A stretch of DNA of 64,000 nt from Candidatus Choladousia intestinavium (GCA_018712785.1 DVGK01000112.1:399-64398); one strand, 5' to 3'; shown: positions 19,631 to 29,589, numbered from the stretch's first letter. Translations and numbers: made by a program. The notes: generated from the sequence alone by a model not told the origin.

Positions 19631-19675
19631 AAGAGCAAGGGAGCCATGAATCAGAGGCCCCTGCTCTTTTTTTAT
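19631..19675 (+). terminator. Terminator-like hairpin between pucR-like gene and aminotransferase
   Basis: AAGAGCAAGGG ... CCCCTGCTCTT stem plus a T7 run. It is preceded by TGATATAAT (19610-19618), an extended -10-like element. Confidence 0.5.
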
Positions 19676-19766
19676 GACAATAGGATGTTCGCGGAAGCGA
19701 ACCTACCATTGTTGAAAGCAGAGAGTCCGCCCGGCGTTCTTTCTGCTATAAGGAGGAGTGAATATT

Positions 19767-21092
19767 ATGACAAGAGAAGAGGTAGTAAGAAAGCATAAAA
19801 CGTACAATCTGCAGTCCTGGTCCGCCCAGGGAAGCCTGAACCCCAAGGCCATTAAGAGGGCGGAAGGCATTTACCTTTACGATTATGACGGAACAAGATA
19901 CAGTGATATGTCCGCGCAACTTGTGAACATGAATCTGGGACATGGCAACCGGGAGATCGTGGAGGCCATCAAGGAGCAGGCAGATAAATTCTGTTATATG
20001 GCTCCAAGCTACGCGGTAGAGAGCAGAGGCGTCCTGGCAGAGATGATCGTAGACCTGATGCCGGACAATATAGGAAAGGTTTTCTTCACCAACGCCGGAG
20101 CGGACGCCAATGAGAACGCGGTGAAGATCGCCAGAATGTACACGGGAAGGCAGAAAATCTTCAGCCGCTACAGAAGCTATCACGGTTCCAGCTACGGTGC
20201 GGCGAATCTGACGGGGGAGCCCAGAAGATTTCCCAGCGAACCGGGAATCCCGGGATTCGTTCATTTCTTTGATCCCTATGTGTATCAGGAAAAGATCCGG
20301 TTTGCCAGTGAGGAAGAGGCGGCGGACTTTTACGTGGCAAAGTTAAGAGAGCAGATTCTCTATGAGGGAGCGGAAAACGTAGCGGCCATTGTACTGGAAA
20401 CCATTACCGGATCCAATGGAGTGATCATTCCGCCGAAGGGATATCTGCCGGGGGTACGGAAAATCTGCGATGAATTCGGAATTCTGCTGATCTGCGATGA
20501 AGTAATGGCAGGCTGGGGCAGAACAGGAAAGATGTTCGCCTTTGAAAATTTCGGCATCAAGCCGGATCTCGTAACCTTCGCTAAAGGCGTTACCTGCGGA
20601 TATGTTCAGCTGGGCGGCGTGGCAGTCAGCAAGAAGATCGCGGAATATTTCGACGACCATAAGCTCATGTGCGGCCTTACCTACAGCGGCCATCCTCTGG
20701 CCTGCGCGGCAGGCGTCGCCTGCGTCAGCTACTACACAGAGCATCATATTCTGGAACACGTATGCCAGGTGGGAAAGGTTCTGGGAGAGGAGCTGGAGGC
20801 CTGCAGAAAGGATTATGCCTGCGTGGGCGACGTGCGGTACATAGGACTGTTTTCCGCCATAGAGCTGGTGAAAGACCGGGAGACCAGAGAACCGCTGGTT
20901 CCCTACGGGCAGGATCCGGAGAACCGGATGGGCAAGATTATCGGAATGCTGGCCGCCAGAGGTTTTATGACTTATTCCCATGAGAATATGATAATCATCG
21001 CGCCCCCGCTGATTATCACAGAGGAGCAGATCCGGGAAGAGATGGCCAAGGTAAAAGAGGTTCTGGCGATTGTGGATAAGGAATTTTTATAA
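19767..21092 (+). CDS. Class III (omega-type) pyridoxal-phosphate aminotransferase
   Basis: DEVMAGWGRTGKMFAFENFGIKPDLVTFAKGVTCGY is the class-III signature with the FAKG lysine. ATG 19767 has better SD spacing than GTG 19758. Confidence 0.88.
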   Translation: MTREEVVRKHKTYNLQSWSAQGSLNPKAIKRAEGIYLYDYDGTRYSDMSAQLVNMNLGHGNREIVEAIKEQADKFCYMAPSYAVESRGVLAEMIVDLMPDNIGKVFFTNAGADANENAVKIARMYTGRQKIFSRYRSYHGSSYGAANLTGEPRRFPSEPGIPGFVHFFDPYVYQEKIRFASEEEAADFYVAKLREQILYEGAENVAAIVLETITGSNGVIIPPKGYLPGVRKICDEFGILLICDEVMAGWGRTGKMFAFENFGIKPDLVTFAKGVTCGYVQLGGVAVSKKIAEYFDDHKLMCGLTYSGHPLACAAGVACVSYYTEHHILEHVCQVGKVLGEELEACRKDYACVGDVRYIGLFSAIELVKDRETREPLVPYGQDPENRMGKIIGMLAARGFMTYSHENMIIIAPPLIITEEQIREEMAKVKEVLAIVDKEFL

Positions 21093-21161
21093 AAAAATAA
21101 GAGATGCCGGGGTTAAAGGCGGAGAGAAAACCGCGGTGTCATGAAGGAGGGGACGGAGCCC

Positions 21162-21803
21162 ATGGAAAGATTTGTAATAGCCATTACCAGAACCTGCGGA
21201 AGCGGAGCCACTTCCATCAGTGAGATTCTTGCGGACGATTACGGCATTGATATGTATGACCGGAAGCTGCTCTCACTGGCTTCAGAGGAGAGCGGTATCA
21301 GCGAGGCCCTTTTCGCCAGTGTGGATGAGCATGTGCGCAACAGTCTTCTGTACCGGGTTTCCAAAAAGGTATACACCGGGGAACTGATCCCGCCGGAAAG
21401 CGGTAATTTCACCTCGGATGAGAATCTGTTTAATTATCAGGCAAAGGTGTTAAAGGAGCTGGCAAACCGGGAATCCTATATCTGCATCGGCCGGGCCTGC
21501 GACTACATTCTGAAGGATTTTCCCCATGTGCTGAAGGTGTTCATTTACGCTTCCAGAGAATGCTGTGTGAAGAAAGAGGCTTTGAGACAGGGGATTACGG
21601 AAAAAGAGGCGGAGAAGTACATCTACAAGACGGATAAATACCGCCGGGCCTACTATAAATATCATACAGGAAGAGAGTGGGAGGATCCGTATAATTACGA
21701 TCTGTGCCTGAACACAGAGGGGCTTACGTATACACAGTGTGCCCGGCTCATCGAAGCGCAGCTTAAGGAAAGATTCGGAGTGGAAATTCCCCAGGGAGCA
21801 TGA
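21162..21803 (+). CDS. Cytidylate kinase-like family protein (P-loop degenerate)
   Basis: ITRTCGSGATSISEILADDYGIDMYDRKLL resembles the Cytidylate_kin2-type family common in Clostridia. Confidence 0.65.
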   Translation: MERFVIAITRTCGSGATSISEILADDYGIDMYDRKLLSLASEESGISEALFASVDEHVRNSLLYRVSKKVYTGELIPPESGNFTSDENLFNYQAKVLKELANRESYICIGRACDYILKDFPHVLKVFIYASRECCVKKEALRQGITEKEAEKYIYKTDKYRRAYYKYHTGREWEDPYNYDLCLNTEGLTYTQCARLIEAQLKERFGVEIPQGA

Positions 21804-21928
21804 TTTTATATAGAAAAGAGAGAAACGAGGACGTTTCGGACAGGAAGCCGGAACGCCCTCGTTTGACGTATCAGGAAGGAAAATGGGAAATCCCATTTTG
21901 CGATATAAATTTATGAGGAGGAATGATT

Positions 21929-23074
21929 ATGAAAAAGAAGATCATGAGTATTGTTTTATCTGCGTCTATGCTGGCGTCTCTGGGTATGAGCCAGGGAGTT
22001 ATGGCTGAGGAGGACGACGGCGTCATAAAAATCGGCGTAGTAGCTCCCATGACCGGCGGTCTGGCTGTGCTGGGAGAAGGCTCACAGCATTCGGTGGATA
22101 TGGCAGTGGAGGAGATCAATGAACAGGGCGGATACCAGATCGAGATCCTGAACAGCGGAAACCTGGCGGACGACGCTTCCGATCCCACTCAGGCCATTAA
22201 CGCCTACAACTCCCTGCTGGCGGAGGATCCGGATGTAATTGTGGGAACGTATAATTCTTCCTGCTCCATCCCCATGGCTGAACTGGCTCAGGAGGGAAGC
22301 ATGGTAATGCTTTCTCCGGGTTCCACGAACGTGGAGGTGACAGAGGTGGGCGATTACATTTTCCGTACCTGCTTCATCGACCCGTATCAGGGTGAAATGG
22401 CGGCCCAGTTTGCCCAGTCGGAAGGATATACCACGGCGGCTGTGATTTACGCCAATGACGATGATTACTCAAACGGGCTGTATCAGGCCTTTGAGGAAGC
22501 CGCGGCAGACAGCGGCATTGAGATCCTCTATGTAGGAGAATGTACCACCAAGGATACAGACTTTACCGCGCAGGTTTCCCAGGCAGTGGCTTCCGGAGCT
22601 GAGATGCTTTTCTATCCCTGCTTCCTGGACACCGTACCCCTTCTTGTGCAGCAGGCCAGAGACGCCGGATTCACAGGCGCCATTGTAGGCGGGGACGCAT
22701 GGGACGGTTGCGATACTGCAGGACTTGAGACAGCTTTTGAAAATACATTCTACACGAACCACTTCTCCTATGAGGATACCTCAGAGGCAGTGCAGAACTA
22801 CGTGACGAAGTTTACAGAGAATTACGGAAGCGATACCCTTACCGCATGCGCGGCTCTGTACTATGATTCGATTTACATGGTGGCGGCAGCGGCGGAAGCA
22901 GGCGGCGGAACCGATACGGAATCCATCAAGACAGGTATGACGAACCTGGAATTCTCAGGCGTTACAGGAAGCTTTACCCTGAATGACACGGGAGATCCCA
23001 TCAAGCCAGTGGTAGTAAATACCCTCGTAGACGGCGCCTGCACCTGGTATACGACTCTGGAACCGGCAGAATAA
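21929..23074 (+). CDS. Branched-chain/amino-acid ABC transporter substrate-binding protein (LivJ/Peripla_BP_6-like)
   Basis: IKIGVVAPMTGGLAVLGEGSQHSVDMAVEEINEQGG. The signal peptide has no lipobox cysteine (…GVMA/EEDD). Confidence 0.85.
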   Translation: MKKKIMSIVLSASMLASLGMSQGVMAEEDDGVIKIGVVAPMTGGLAVLGEGSQHSVDMAVEEINEQGGYQIEILNSGNLADDASDPTQAINAYNSLLAEDPDVIVGTYNSSCSIPMAELAQEGSMVMLSPGSTNVEVTEVGDYIFRTCFIDPYQGEMAAQFAQSEGYTTAAVIYANDDDYSNGLYQAFEEAAADSGIEILYVGECTTKDTDFTAQVSQAVASGAEMLFYPCFLDTVPLLVQQARDAGFTGAIVGGDAWDGCDTAGLETAFENTFYTNHFSYEDTSEAVQNYVTKFTENYGSDTLTACAALYYDSIYMVAAAAEAGGGTDTESIKTGMTNLEFSGVTGSFTLNDTGDPIKPVVVNTLVDGACTWYTTLEPAE

Positions 23075-23200
23075 CCGGTCAGCAAACCCTCTGCCCCGGC
23101 AGATATCGGCCGGGGCAGTATAATCATTCTGCCGCGGAACGGACGGCCCGTGACGGAGAGGCAGACGGGAAACGATATCAGCGACAAGGAGGATGAGAGC

Positions 23201-24094
23201 GTGGCATTATCATTATTTTTACAGAGTCTGGTAAATGGACTGAATCAGGGAGCCATCTATGCCCTGATCGCTCTGGGGTATACAATGGTTTACGGTATCA
23301 TCCGTATGATCAATTTCGCTCACGGTGATTTCATTATGGTGGGCAGCTATACACTGTTTTACACGGTTCCCCTGATGGTATCGGCGGGAATGCCGGCCTG
23401 GATGGCTGTGTTTATTGCCATCGCTGTCTGTGTGGCGGTAGGCGTCATTGTGGAAACCGTGGCCTATAAGCCGGTGCGGAATGCGGGAAGCATGTCGGCT
23501 CTGATTACGGCTCTGGCTATGAGCGTATTCCTGGAAAACCTTGCCATGGTGCTTTTCGGCGCAAGCCCCAAATCTGTATCGGCCATTTTTACCCTTCCCA
23601 CTTTTCAGTTTCTGGGGGCCACCCTTCAGATCAAATATCTGCTGACCCTGGGAATCGGCCTTGCCATGATGGCGGGACTTCAGCTTTTCGTGAGAAAAAC
23701 CAGGCTTGGGAAGGCCATGAGAGCTGTGCCTCAGGATAAAGAGGCCTCTGTACTGGTAGGAATTAACGTAAACCGCATCATCACCATCACCTTTGCCATC
23801 GGTTCGGGTCTGGCTGCGGTGGCCGCTCTTATGTACTGCTCCACATATCCCAGATGTACCATGGATATGGGCTCCATGATGGGCTTGAAAGCGTTTATTG
23901 CCGCCGTCCTGGGAGGAATCGGCATTATTCCGGGAGCAATGCTGGGAGGACTTCTGGTGGGTCTGATCGAAATATTTGTAAAGGTATATATCGCTCCCGG
24001 CTGGTATGAGGCCATTACCTACGGAATCCTGATTGTAGTGCTTCTGGTGAAGCCGGCAGGAATCCTGGGTAAGAATGTAGGGGAGAAAGTATAA
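23201..24094 (+). CDS. livH: Branched-chain amino acid ABC transporter permease (LivH-type), GTG start
   Basis: FLQSLVNGLNQGAIYALIALGYTMVYGIIRMINFAHGD. AAGGAGG lies 8 nt before the GTG. Confidence 0.88.
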   Translation: MALSLFLQSLVNGLNQGAIYALIALGYTMVYGIIRMINFAHGDFIMVGSYTLFYTVPLMVSAGMPAWMAVFIAIAVCVAVGVIVETVAYKPVRNAGSMSALITALAMSVFLENLAMVLFGASPKSVSAIFTLPTFQFLGATLQIKYLLTLGIGLAMMAGLQLFVRKTRLGKAMRAVPQDKEASVLVGINVNRIITITFAIGSGLAAVAALMYCSTYPRCTMDMGSMMGLKAFIAAVLGGIGIIPGAMLGGLLVGLIEIFVKVYIAPGWYEAITYGILIVVLLVKPAGILGKNVGEKV

Positions 24095-24106
24095 GGAGGG
24101 ACAGCG

Positions 24107-25120
24107 ATGCCACAGGAAAGAAAGAAGTCTTACGTAATCAATTTTATAGGTGTGCTGATTGTGTTTCTTCTGTTGCTGGCTCTGTTTGAGTCGAATCTTT
24201 TAGGCAGCAGAACGAACTATATTAAAGGAATCTGCACCACAGCCTGCTACACGATTATTATGGTGGCCTCCCTGAACCTTCTCACAGGCTTTATGGGGGA
24301 ATTCTCACTGGGGCATGCGGGGTTTATGTCCGTAGGAGCGTATGCCTCCGCCATCGCCACAGGCTTTTTGGACGATTCCGGGCTGCCTGTCTTTGTACTG
24401 TTTCTGCTGGCGCTGGCAGTGGGAGGAATTGCCGCGGCCGTGGCAGGTGTGGCGGTGGGTATTCCGGCTCTCAGGCTTCGGGGAGATTATCTTTGTATTG
24501 TGACGGTGGCTTTTGCGGAGATTATCCGGGTGGCTTTCTGTAATTTTGAAATTACAGGAGGCGGACGCACCTTAAGCGGGATTACCTCCCTGTCTAATTT
24601 TTACTGGGTATTCTGGGCTATGGTCATCTGTGTGGGACTGATGTATATGTTCGTCCGTTCCAGATTCGGCCGTGTGGTGACGGCTATCCGTGAGGATTAC
24701 ATAGCGGCCTCCGCCAGCGGGATCAACGTAACCTTTTACAAGGTTCTTACCTTTACGGTTTCGGCCTTTTTCGCGGGAATCGCAGGGGCTATCTACGCTC
24801 ACTATATGACGGCCCTGATTCCCACAAATTTTGATTTCATGTATTCTGCCGAATTCCTGACAGAGGTAATTATCGGAGGAACCGGCTCTCTTACCGGGTC
24901 TATCATCGGAGCGGCCTTCCTTTCCGCCCTGCCGGAGGTAATGCGCCAGTTCGCCACCTACCGGATGCTGATGTATTCCATCGTGCTGGTGCTGGTTATG
25001 ATCTTTAAGCCCGGCGGGATCTTCGGAACCTGGGAGTTTTCCCTTACCAGGCTCCTTGGCAGGCTGACCGGAAGGAAGCGGGAAAATAAAACGGTGTCAG
25101 GAGGTGCGGTGCATGAGTAG
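24107..25120 (+). CDS. livM: Branched-chain amino acid ABC transporter permease (LivM-type)
   Basis: NLLTGFMGEFSLGHAGFMSVGAYASA motif. Confidence 0.88.
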   Translation: MPQERKKSYVINFIGVLIVFLLLLALFESNLLGSRTNYIKGICTTACYTIIMVASLNLLTGFMGEFSLGHAGFMSVGAYASAIATGFLDDSGLPVFVLFLLALAVGGIAAAVAGVAVGIPALRLRGDYLCIVTVAFAEIIRVAFCNFEITGGGRTLSGITSLSNFYWVFWAMVICVGLMYMFVRSRFGRVVTAIREDYIAASASGINVTFYKVLTFTVSAFFAGIAGAIYAHYMTALIPTNFDFMYSAEFLTEVIIGGTGSLTGSIIGAAFLSALPEVMRQFATYRMLMYSIVLVLVMIFKPGGIFGTWEFSLTRLLGRLTGRKRENKTVSGGAVHE

Positions 25121-25916
25121 TGAAAAGAAAAAAGAAGTTCCTGTACTGCAGGCCAAGAGCCTGGGCATACAGTTCGGAGGTCTTCGGGCTGTGCAGGATT
25201 TTAATATGGAGATCGCCCAGAGCGAACTGGTGGGGCTCATCGGACCAAACGGCGCCGGAAAGACCACAGTGTTCAACATGCTTACGGGAGTCTATCAGCC
25301 TACGGAGGGGAGCTTTTACTTAAACGGCGTAAAAATGAACGGAAAGAAAACCCACCAGGTAGTGGAAGCGGGGATCGCCAGAACCTTTCAGAATATCCGC
25401 CTCTTTAAGAAGCTGTCTGTGGAAGAGAACGTAAAGGCAGCCATGAACATGCATATGACCTACAGTCTGGCCTCCGCTCTGTTCCGGGGAAAACAGTACT
25501 GGAAGCAGGAAGAAGAAGTCCACGAAAAAGCTCTGGAGCTTCTGAAGGTGGTGCGTCTTGAGGATAAAGCGGACGTAACGGCCCAGAACCTGCCCTACGG
25601 GCAGCAGAGGCGGCTGGAGATTGCCAGAGCCCTGGCCACCGGGATGAAGCTGCTTCTCCTGGATGAGCCGGCGGCCGGCATGAATCCCACAGAGACGGCG
25701 GAGCTTCTGGAGATCATCAACCTGATCCGGGATAAATTTAAGATACCGGTTCTCTTAATCGAGCATGACATGAGCCTGGTTATGAAGATCTGCCAGAGAA
25801 TCCAGGTCATTGACTATGGTATTACCATCGCTTCCGGAACGCCGGAGGAGATCGCCAACAATCCCAGGGTAATCGAAGCGTATCTTGGAAAAGACGAGGA
25901 GGAAGCCGTATGCTGA
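25113..25916 (+). CDS. livG: ABC transporter ATP-binding protein (LivG-type)
   Basis: GLIGPNGAGKTT Walker A, YGQQRRLEIARAL signature, LLLDEPAAG Walker B. 8-nt overlap with livM. Confidence 0.9.
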   Translation: MSSEKKKEVPVLQAKSLGIQFGGLRAVQDFNMEIAQSELVGLIGPNGAGKTTVFNMLTGVYQPTEGSFYLNGVKMNGKKTHQVVEAGIARTFQNIRLFKKLSVEENVKAAMNMHMTYSLASALFRGKQYWKQEEEVHEKALELLKVVRLEDKADVTAQNLPYGQQRRLEIARALATGMKLLLLDEPAAGMNPTETAELLEIINLIRDKFKIPVLLIEHDMSLVMKICQRIQVIDYGITIASGTPEEIANNPRVIEAYLGKDEEEAVC

Positions 25917-26614
25917 AAATTTCAAACTTAAATGTGTCCTACGGCGCCATCCATGCCATCCATGATGTAAGCATGGAAGTGGGGGACGGGGAGATCGTCT
26001 CCCTGATCGGCGCCAACGGAGCGGGAAAAACCACGATCCTTCACAGCATTACAGGTTTAAAGAAAGCAGACTCCGGAACCATTGAATACAACGGCCAGGA
26101 TCTGATCAAAACAGAGCCAAGCAAAATCGTCACCCTGGGCATGGCCCATGTGCCGGAAGGGAGGCACGTATTTCCCACTATGACGGTGGAGGAAAACCTG
26201 GAGATGGGGGCGTATATAACCTCTGACAAAGAGAAGATCAAAAAGACGGCGGAGAGCGTATTTGAACGGTTCCCCAGACTGAAGGAGAGAAGGAAGCAGC
26301 TGGCGGGAACCCTTTCCGGAGGGGAGCAGCAGATGCTGGCAGTGGGAAGAGCCCTTATGAGCAATCCTTCTATCCTGCTGATGGATGAACCCTCCATGGG
26401 ACTTTCCCCCCTTCTGATCCGGGAGATTTTCAGCATCATAAAGGCCGTCCATGAGCAGGGGATCACCGTCCTCCTGGTAGAGCAGAACGCGAAGATGGCT
26501 TTATCTATCGCGGACAGGGCTTATGTGCTGGAGACCGGGAGGATCAGCATGACCGGAACCGGACAGGAACTGCTGAACAATGAGAATGTGAAGAAAGCGT
26601 ATCTGGGAGCTTAG
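25910..26614 (+). CDS. livF: ABC transporter ATP-binding protein (LivF-type)
   Basis: GANGAGKTT, LSGGEQQMLAVGRAL, LLMDEPSMGLSP. Confidence 0.9.
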   Translation: MLKISNLNVSYGAIHAIHDVSMEVGDGEIVSLIGANGAGKTTILHSITGLKKADSGTIEYNGQDLIKTEPSKIVTLGMAHVPEGRHVFPTMTVEENLEMGAYITSDKEKIKKTAESVFERFPRLKERRKQLAGTLSGGEQQMLAVGRALMSNPSILLMDEPSMGLSPLLIREIFSIIKAVHEQGITVLLVEQNAKMALSIADRAYVLETGRISMTGTGQELLNNENVKKAYLGA

Positions 26615-26636
26615 CCTGAGGGCTGAGCTCTTTTTT
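26607..26636 (+). terminator. Rho-independent terminator after livF
   Basis: GAGCTTAGCC-TGAG-GGCTGAGCTC stem followed by TTTTTT. Confidence 0.65.
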
Positions 26637-26766
26637 ATATTTTATGCAGGATGCAGGAATCTGTTGCTCTTAAAACAGGAATAGAGTATAATAATACCGT
26701 CTGTTGGCAAAGAGGACAGAATTTAATTTCTGCTCTGAAATAATAAAGAAAAACGGAGGGTTTTAT

Positions 26767-27450
26767 ATGAAACGTTCAGAAATCAACGCATGTATCAAAT
26801 ACATGGAAAATCTGATCCAATCCCACGGCTTCAAGCTGCCGCCTTTCTGCAGCTGGACGCCCCAGGAGTGGGAGACGAAGGGACACGAGTACGATGAGAT
26901 CCGCGACAATATGCTGGGCTGGGACATTACAGACTATGGGAAAGGGGACTGGGAGAAGCTGGGCTTTGCCCTGGTGACCATCCGAAACGGCAACCAGCAC
27001 AACCCCAAGTATAAAAAGGTATACGCGGAGAAGCTGCTGATGCTGAAGGAAGGCCAGCATTCCCCCATGCACTTCCACTGGATGAAGAGCGAGGATATCA
27101 TTAACCGGGGCGGCGGCGTTCTGGTGATTCATGTATACAACGATGACGGACAGGGCGGTCTGGGTGATACAGATGTGCTGGTAAATTCAGACGGACGGTC
27201 CTACTATGTGCCGGCCGGCACAGGAGTGGAATTAAAGCCCGGAGAGAGTATTACCATCTGGCCCCACCAGTACCATGATTTTGATGTAAAAGAGGGGACG
27301 GGAGACGTGCTGATCGGAGAAGTGTCCATGTGCAATGATGATAACACGGACAACCGTTTCTATGAAGAGATGGGACGGTTCCCGGCCGTGGAGGAGGACG
27401 AGCCTCCCTACCGCCTTCTGTGCAACGAGTATCCGCCGGCAAAAGACTGA
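26767..27450 (+). CDS. D-lyxose/D-mannose family sugar isomerase (cupin)
   Basis: MKRSEINACIKYMENLI...LPPFCSWTPQEW...GWDITDYG...HSPMHFHW resembles the YdaE/D-lyxose isomerase family. Confidence 0.75.
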   Translation: MKRSEINACIKYMENLIQSHGFKLPPFCSWTPQEWETKGHEYDEIRDNMLGWDITDYGKGDWEKLGFALVTIRNGNQHNPKYKKVYAEKLLMLKEGQHSPMHFHWMKSEDIINRGGGVLVIHVYNDDGQGGLGDTDVLVNSDGRSYYVPAGTGVELKPGESITIWPHQYHDFDVKEGTGDVLIGEVSMCNDDNTDNRFYEEMGRFPAVEEDEPPYRLLCNEYPPAKD

Positions 27451-27509
27451 GGAAGAACGGCAAAGGTTTCTGCGGCAGCTGCGGGCAGGAACCGGAAGGG
27501 AGAAGGACT

Positions 27510-28385
27510 ATGGAATATACCATCAAAAACCAGCAGCTTTCCGTCACTGTCAGCGACTTTGGTGGAGAACTGAGATCTGTACGCGGAGGAGACGGGACAG
27601 AATATCTGTGGCAGGGAGATCCACGGTTCTGGAAGGACCGGGCGCCCAATATTTTTCCTTATGTGGCCCGCCTGACCGGAGAAAAATATACTCTGAAAGG
27701 CCGGGAATACCAGATGAAGATCCATGGTTTCGTAAAATATACGACCCTGGAGCTGGAAACACAGAGCGAGGATTCCCTGACCTTTGTACTGAAGCCGGAT
27801 GAGGAGATCAAGAAGCAGTACCCCTTTGATTTTATTTACAGGATTACATACCGGCTGCAGCAAGCGGCGCTGCTCATCGAACACCAGGTGGAGAATCTGG
27901 GGGAAGAGAGGATGTATTTCGGGATCGGAGGCCATCCGGGCTTTCAGGTTCCTCTGGAACAAGGACTGGCTTTTGAAGATTATCAGCTGAAATTTTCTGC
28001 TCCCTGCAGGCCCTGGCGGGTGGGCTTTACTCCGGACTGCTTTCTGAACGGTCAGGATCAGGAGTATCCCTTAAAGGGAGGACAGGCCATTCCCCTGCGG
28101 CACAGTCTGTTTGATCAGGATGCGGTGGTGCTTAAGCATGCGGACCGGGAGGTTACCCTGTGCTCTGAAAAGGGGAGCCGGGGAGTCACTGTGACCTATC
28201 CCGATTTTCCGTATATCGGTTTTTGGCACAAGCCGGAAACGCAGGCTCCCTACGTATGCATCGAGCCCTGGAGTTCCCTTCCCTCACGGAAAGGGATTCA
28301 GGAGGATCTATCCCAGCAGTCGGATCTGATCTGTCTGGAGGGACATAAGACTTGGGAATCCTGCTGGAAAATTCAGATTTTCTGA
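27510..28385 (+). CDS. Aldose 1-epimerase family protein
   Basis: FGGELRSV...EYLWQGDPRFWKDRAPNIFPYVARL...IGGHPGF...EPWSS motifs. Confidence 0.8.
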   Translation: MEYTIKNQQLSVTVSDFGGELRSVRGGDGTEYLWQGDPRFWKDRAPNIFPYVARLTGEKYTLKGREYQMKIHGFVKYTTLELETQSEDSLTFVLKPDEEIKKQYPFDFIYRITYRLQQAALLIEHQVENLGEERMYFGIGGHPGFQVPLEQGLAFEDYQLKFSAPCRPWRVGFTPDCFLNGQDQEYPLKGGQAIPLRHSLFDQDAVVLKHADREVTLCSEKGSRGVTVTYPDFPYIGFWHKPETQAPYVCIEPWSSLPSRKGIQEDLSQQSDLICLEGHKTWESCWKIQIF

Positions 28386-28428
28386 ACCGGCAGGCAGTTT
28401 CCCAAAGCGGCCTTTATGCTTGGGGACG

Positions 28429-29415
28429 TTACTTCACATTTTCATTGAGAATAATTGAAAGTGCCTCCAATAGTTTAGTGGCGTCCCCTTGCCTGTAGGC
28501 TATTAAGCCAGGATAGAGGTAGATAAAACCATTGTATCGTGAAGCTGATCTTGCACGTTCTTTGAAGTCAGAATAATTTAATCCATACCCTGATTTCTGC
28601 AGTTCGTTATAGTATAAATAAAGGCTTTTTTCATTAAACCACCCTGCAAGGTCAATATAGAACGGAGCATATCGGCAAAAACCAAAATCAATAATACGCG
28701 GCTCTCCGCTGCAATCGTATATGTGACTTCCGCTTGGAGTTTGCAAATCCCCGTGTGTCAAAGTCATACAGCTGCTTTCACGGCAAAGCTCTGTCATTTC
28801 ATAGACAAATACTTTTGCTTTAACATACAACTTTGGCATGTATTTTTCAAAACGAATTGAAAAATCGCTGTTATCAGCTATTTCTTTTTCCATATGAGAA
28901 AGAGAAAGCGTTGTTGCGACTGTATTCCAATAGTCTTTATCTGCGGCAGGAAGCCATTCCATATCATAGCCTTTCCCCATATTTTCTATGTGGATTTTTG
29001 AAAGGGAGTGAGCTACTTTTGAAAGCCACCTTGTATCGTTTGGTTCATGGATTTTCTGGCGTCCCAAATCCTCCATGGCAAGCCATTCCTGTGTATCAGA
29101 AAACATGTTATTGGAAAAAGAAATAGGCGAACATTGCTTTTGCTTTGTAAGCCGAACCATCGCACAGCGCTCTTTCAAACTTGCGCGTTTGAAAATAATT
29201 GTACGCACCATATCATTTTTTAATATAAGTCTTTTGCGGAGTATTTTCGCCCCTGAATAACCTTGTTCTCCATCCGACATTTTAACAGTTTCGATAGATT
29301 TTATTTCTCCAAGCCCCATCAAGTCGGCCAGACCCTGCGCGATTTCGTATTCTCTCATAATAAGCAAATTCTCCATCTGATTTATTTTCGCGAGCAACGA
29401 GCTAAGCAGCCACAT
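28429..29415 (-). CDS. Kinase-fold phosphotransferase (APH/choline-kinase-like), low-GC gene; start uncertain
   Basis: LTHGDLQTPSGSHIY is HGD-catalytic-loop-like. IIDFGFCRYAPFYIDLAGW is DFG/DxD-like. Visibly AT-rich relative to its neighbours. Confidence 0.6.
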   Translation of the reverse strand: MWLLSSLLAKINQMENLLIMREYEIAQGLADLMGLGEIKSIETVKMSDGEQGYSGAKILRKRLILKNDMVRTIIFKRASLKERCAMVRLTKQKQCSPISFSNNMFSDTQEWLAMEDLGRQKIHEPNDTRWLSKVAHSLSKIHIENMGKGYDMEWLPAADKDYWNTVATTLSLSHMEKEIADNSDFSIRFEKYMPKLYVKAKVFVYEMTELCRESSCMTLTHGDLQTPSGSHIYDCSGEPRIIDFGFCRYAPFYIDLAGWFNEKSLYLYYNELQKSGYGLNYSDFKERARSASRYNGFIYLYPGLIAYRQGDATKLLEALSIILNENVK

Positions 29416-29589
29416 CCCGCCTTGTGCCTGTATGGATATTTGACTCTTTTCAGTAAGTATAGCATCCTCTCAGGTAAATTTCTATCAGGAATAAAAACTG
29501 CATTAAGAAGGATTGCTTTTTAAAATTGAGGCTTGATATTCTCGGAGATAAGGTGTATATTGCTGAATGTCCGAAAACATACTGTCCGA

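Noticed and set aside
21880-21899. 20-nt perfect palindrome AAAATGGGAAATCCCATTTT before the Liv-type transporter, considered as a T-box or riboswitch element.
   Set aside because: It is too short and lacks any T-box or known riboswitch features. It is mentioned only as a possible operator within the PucR-locus finding.
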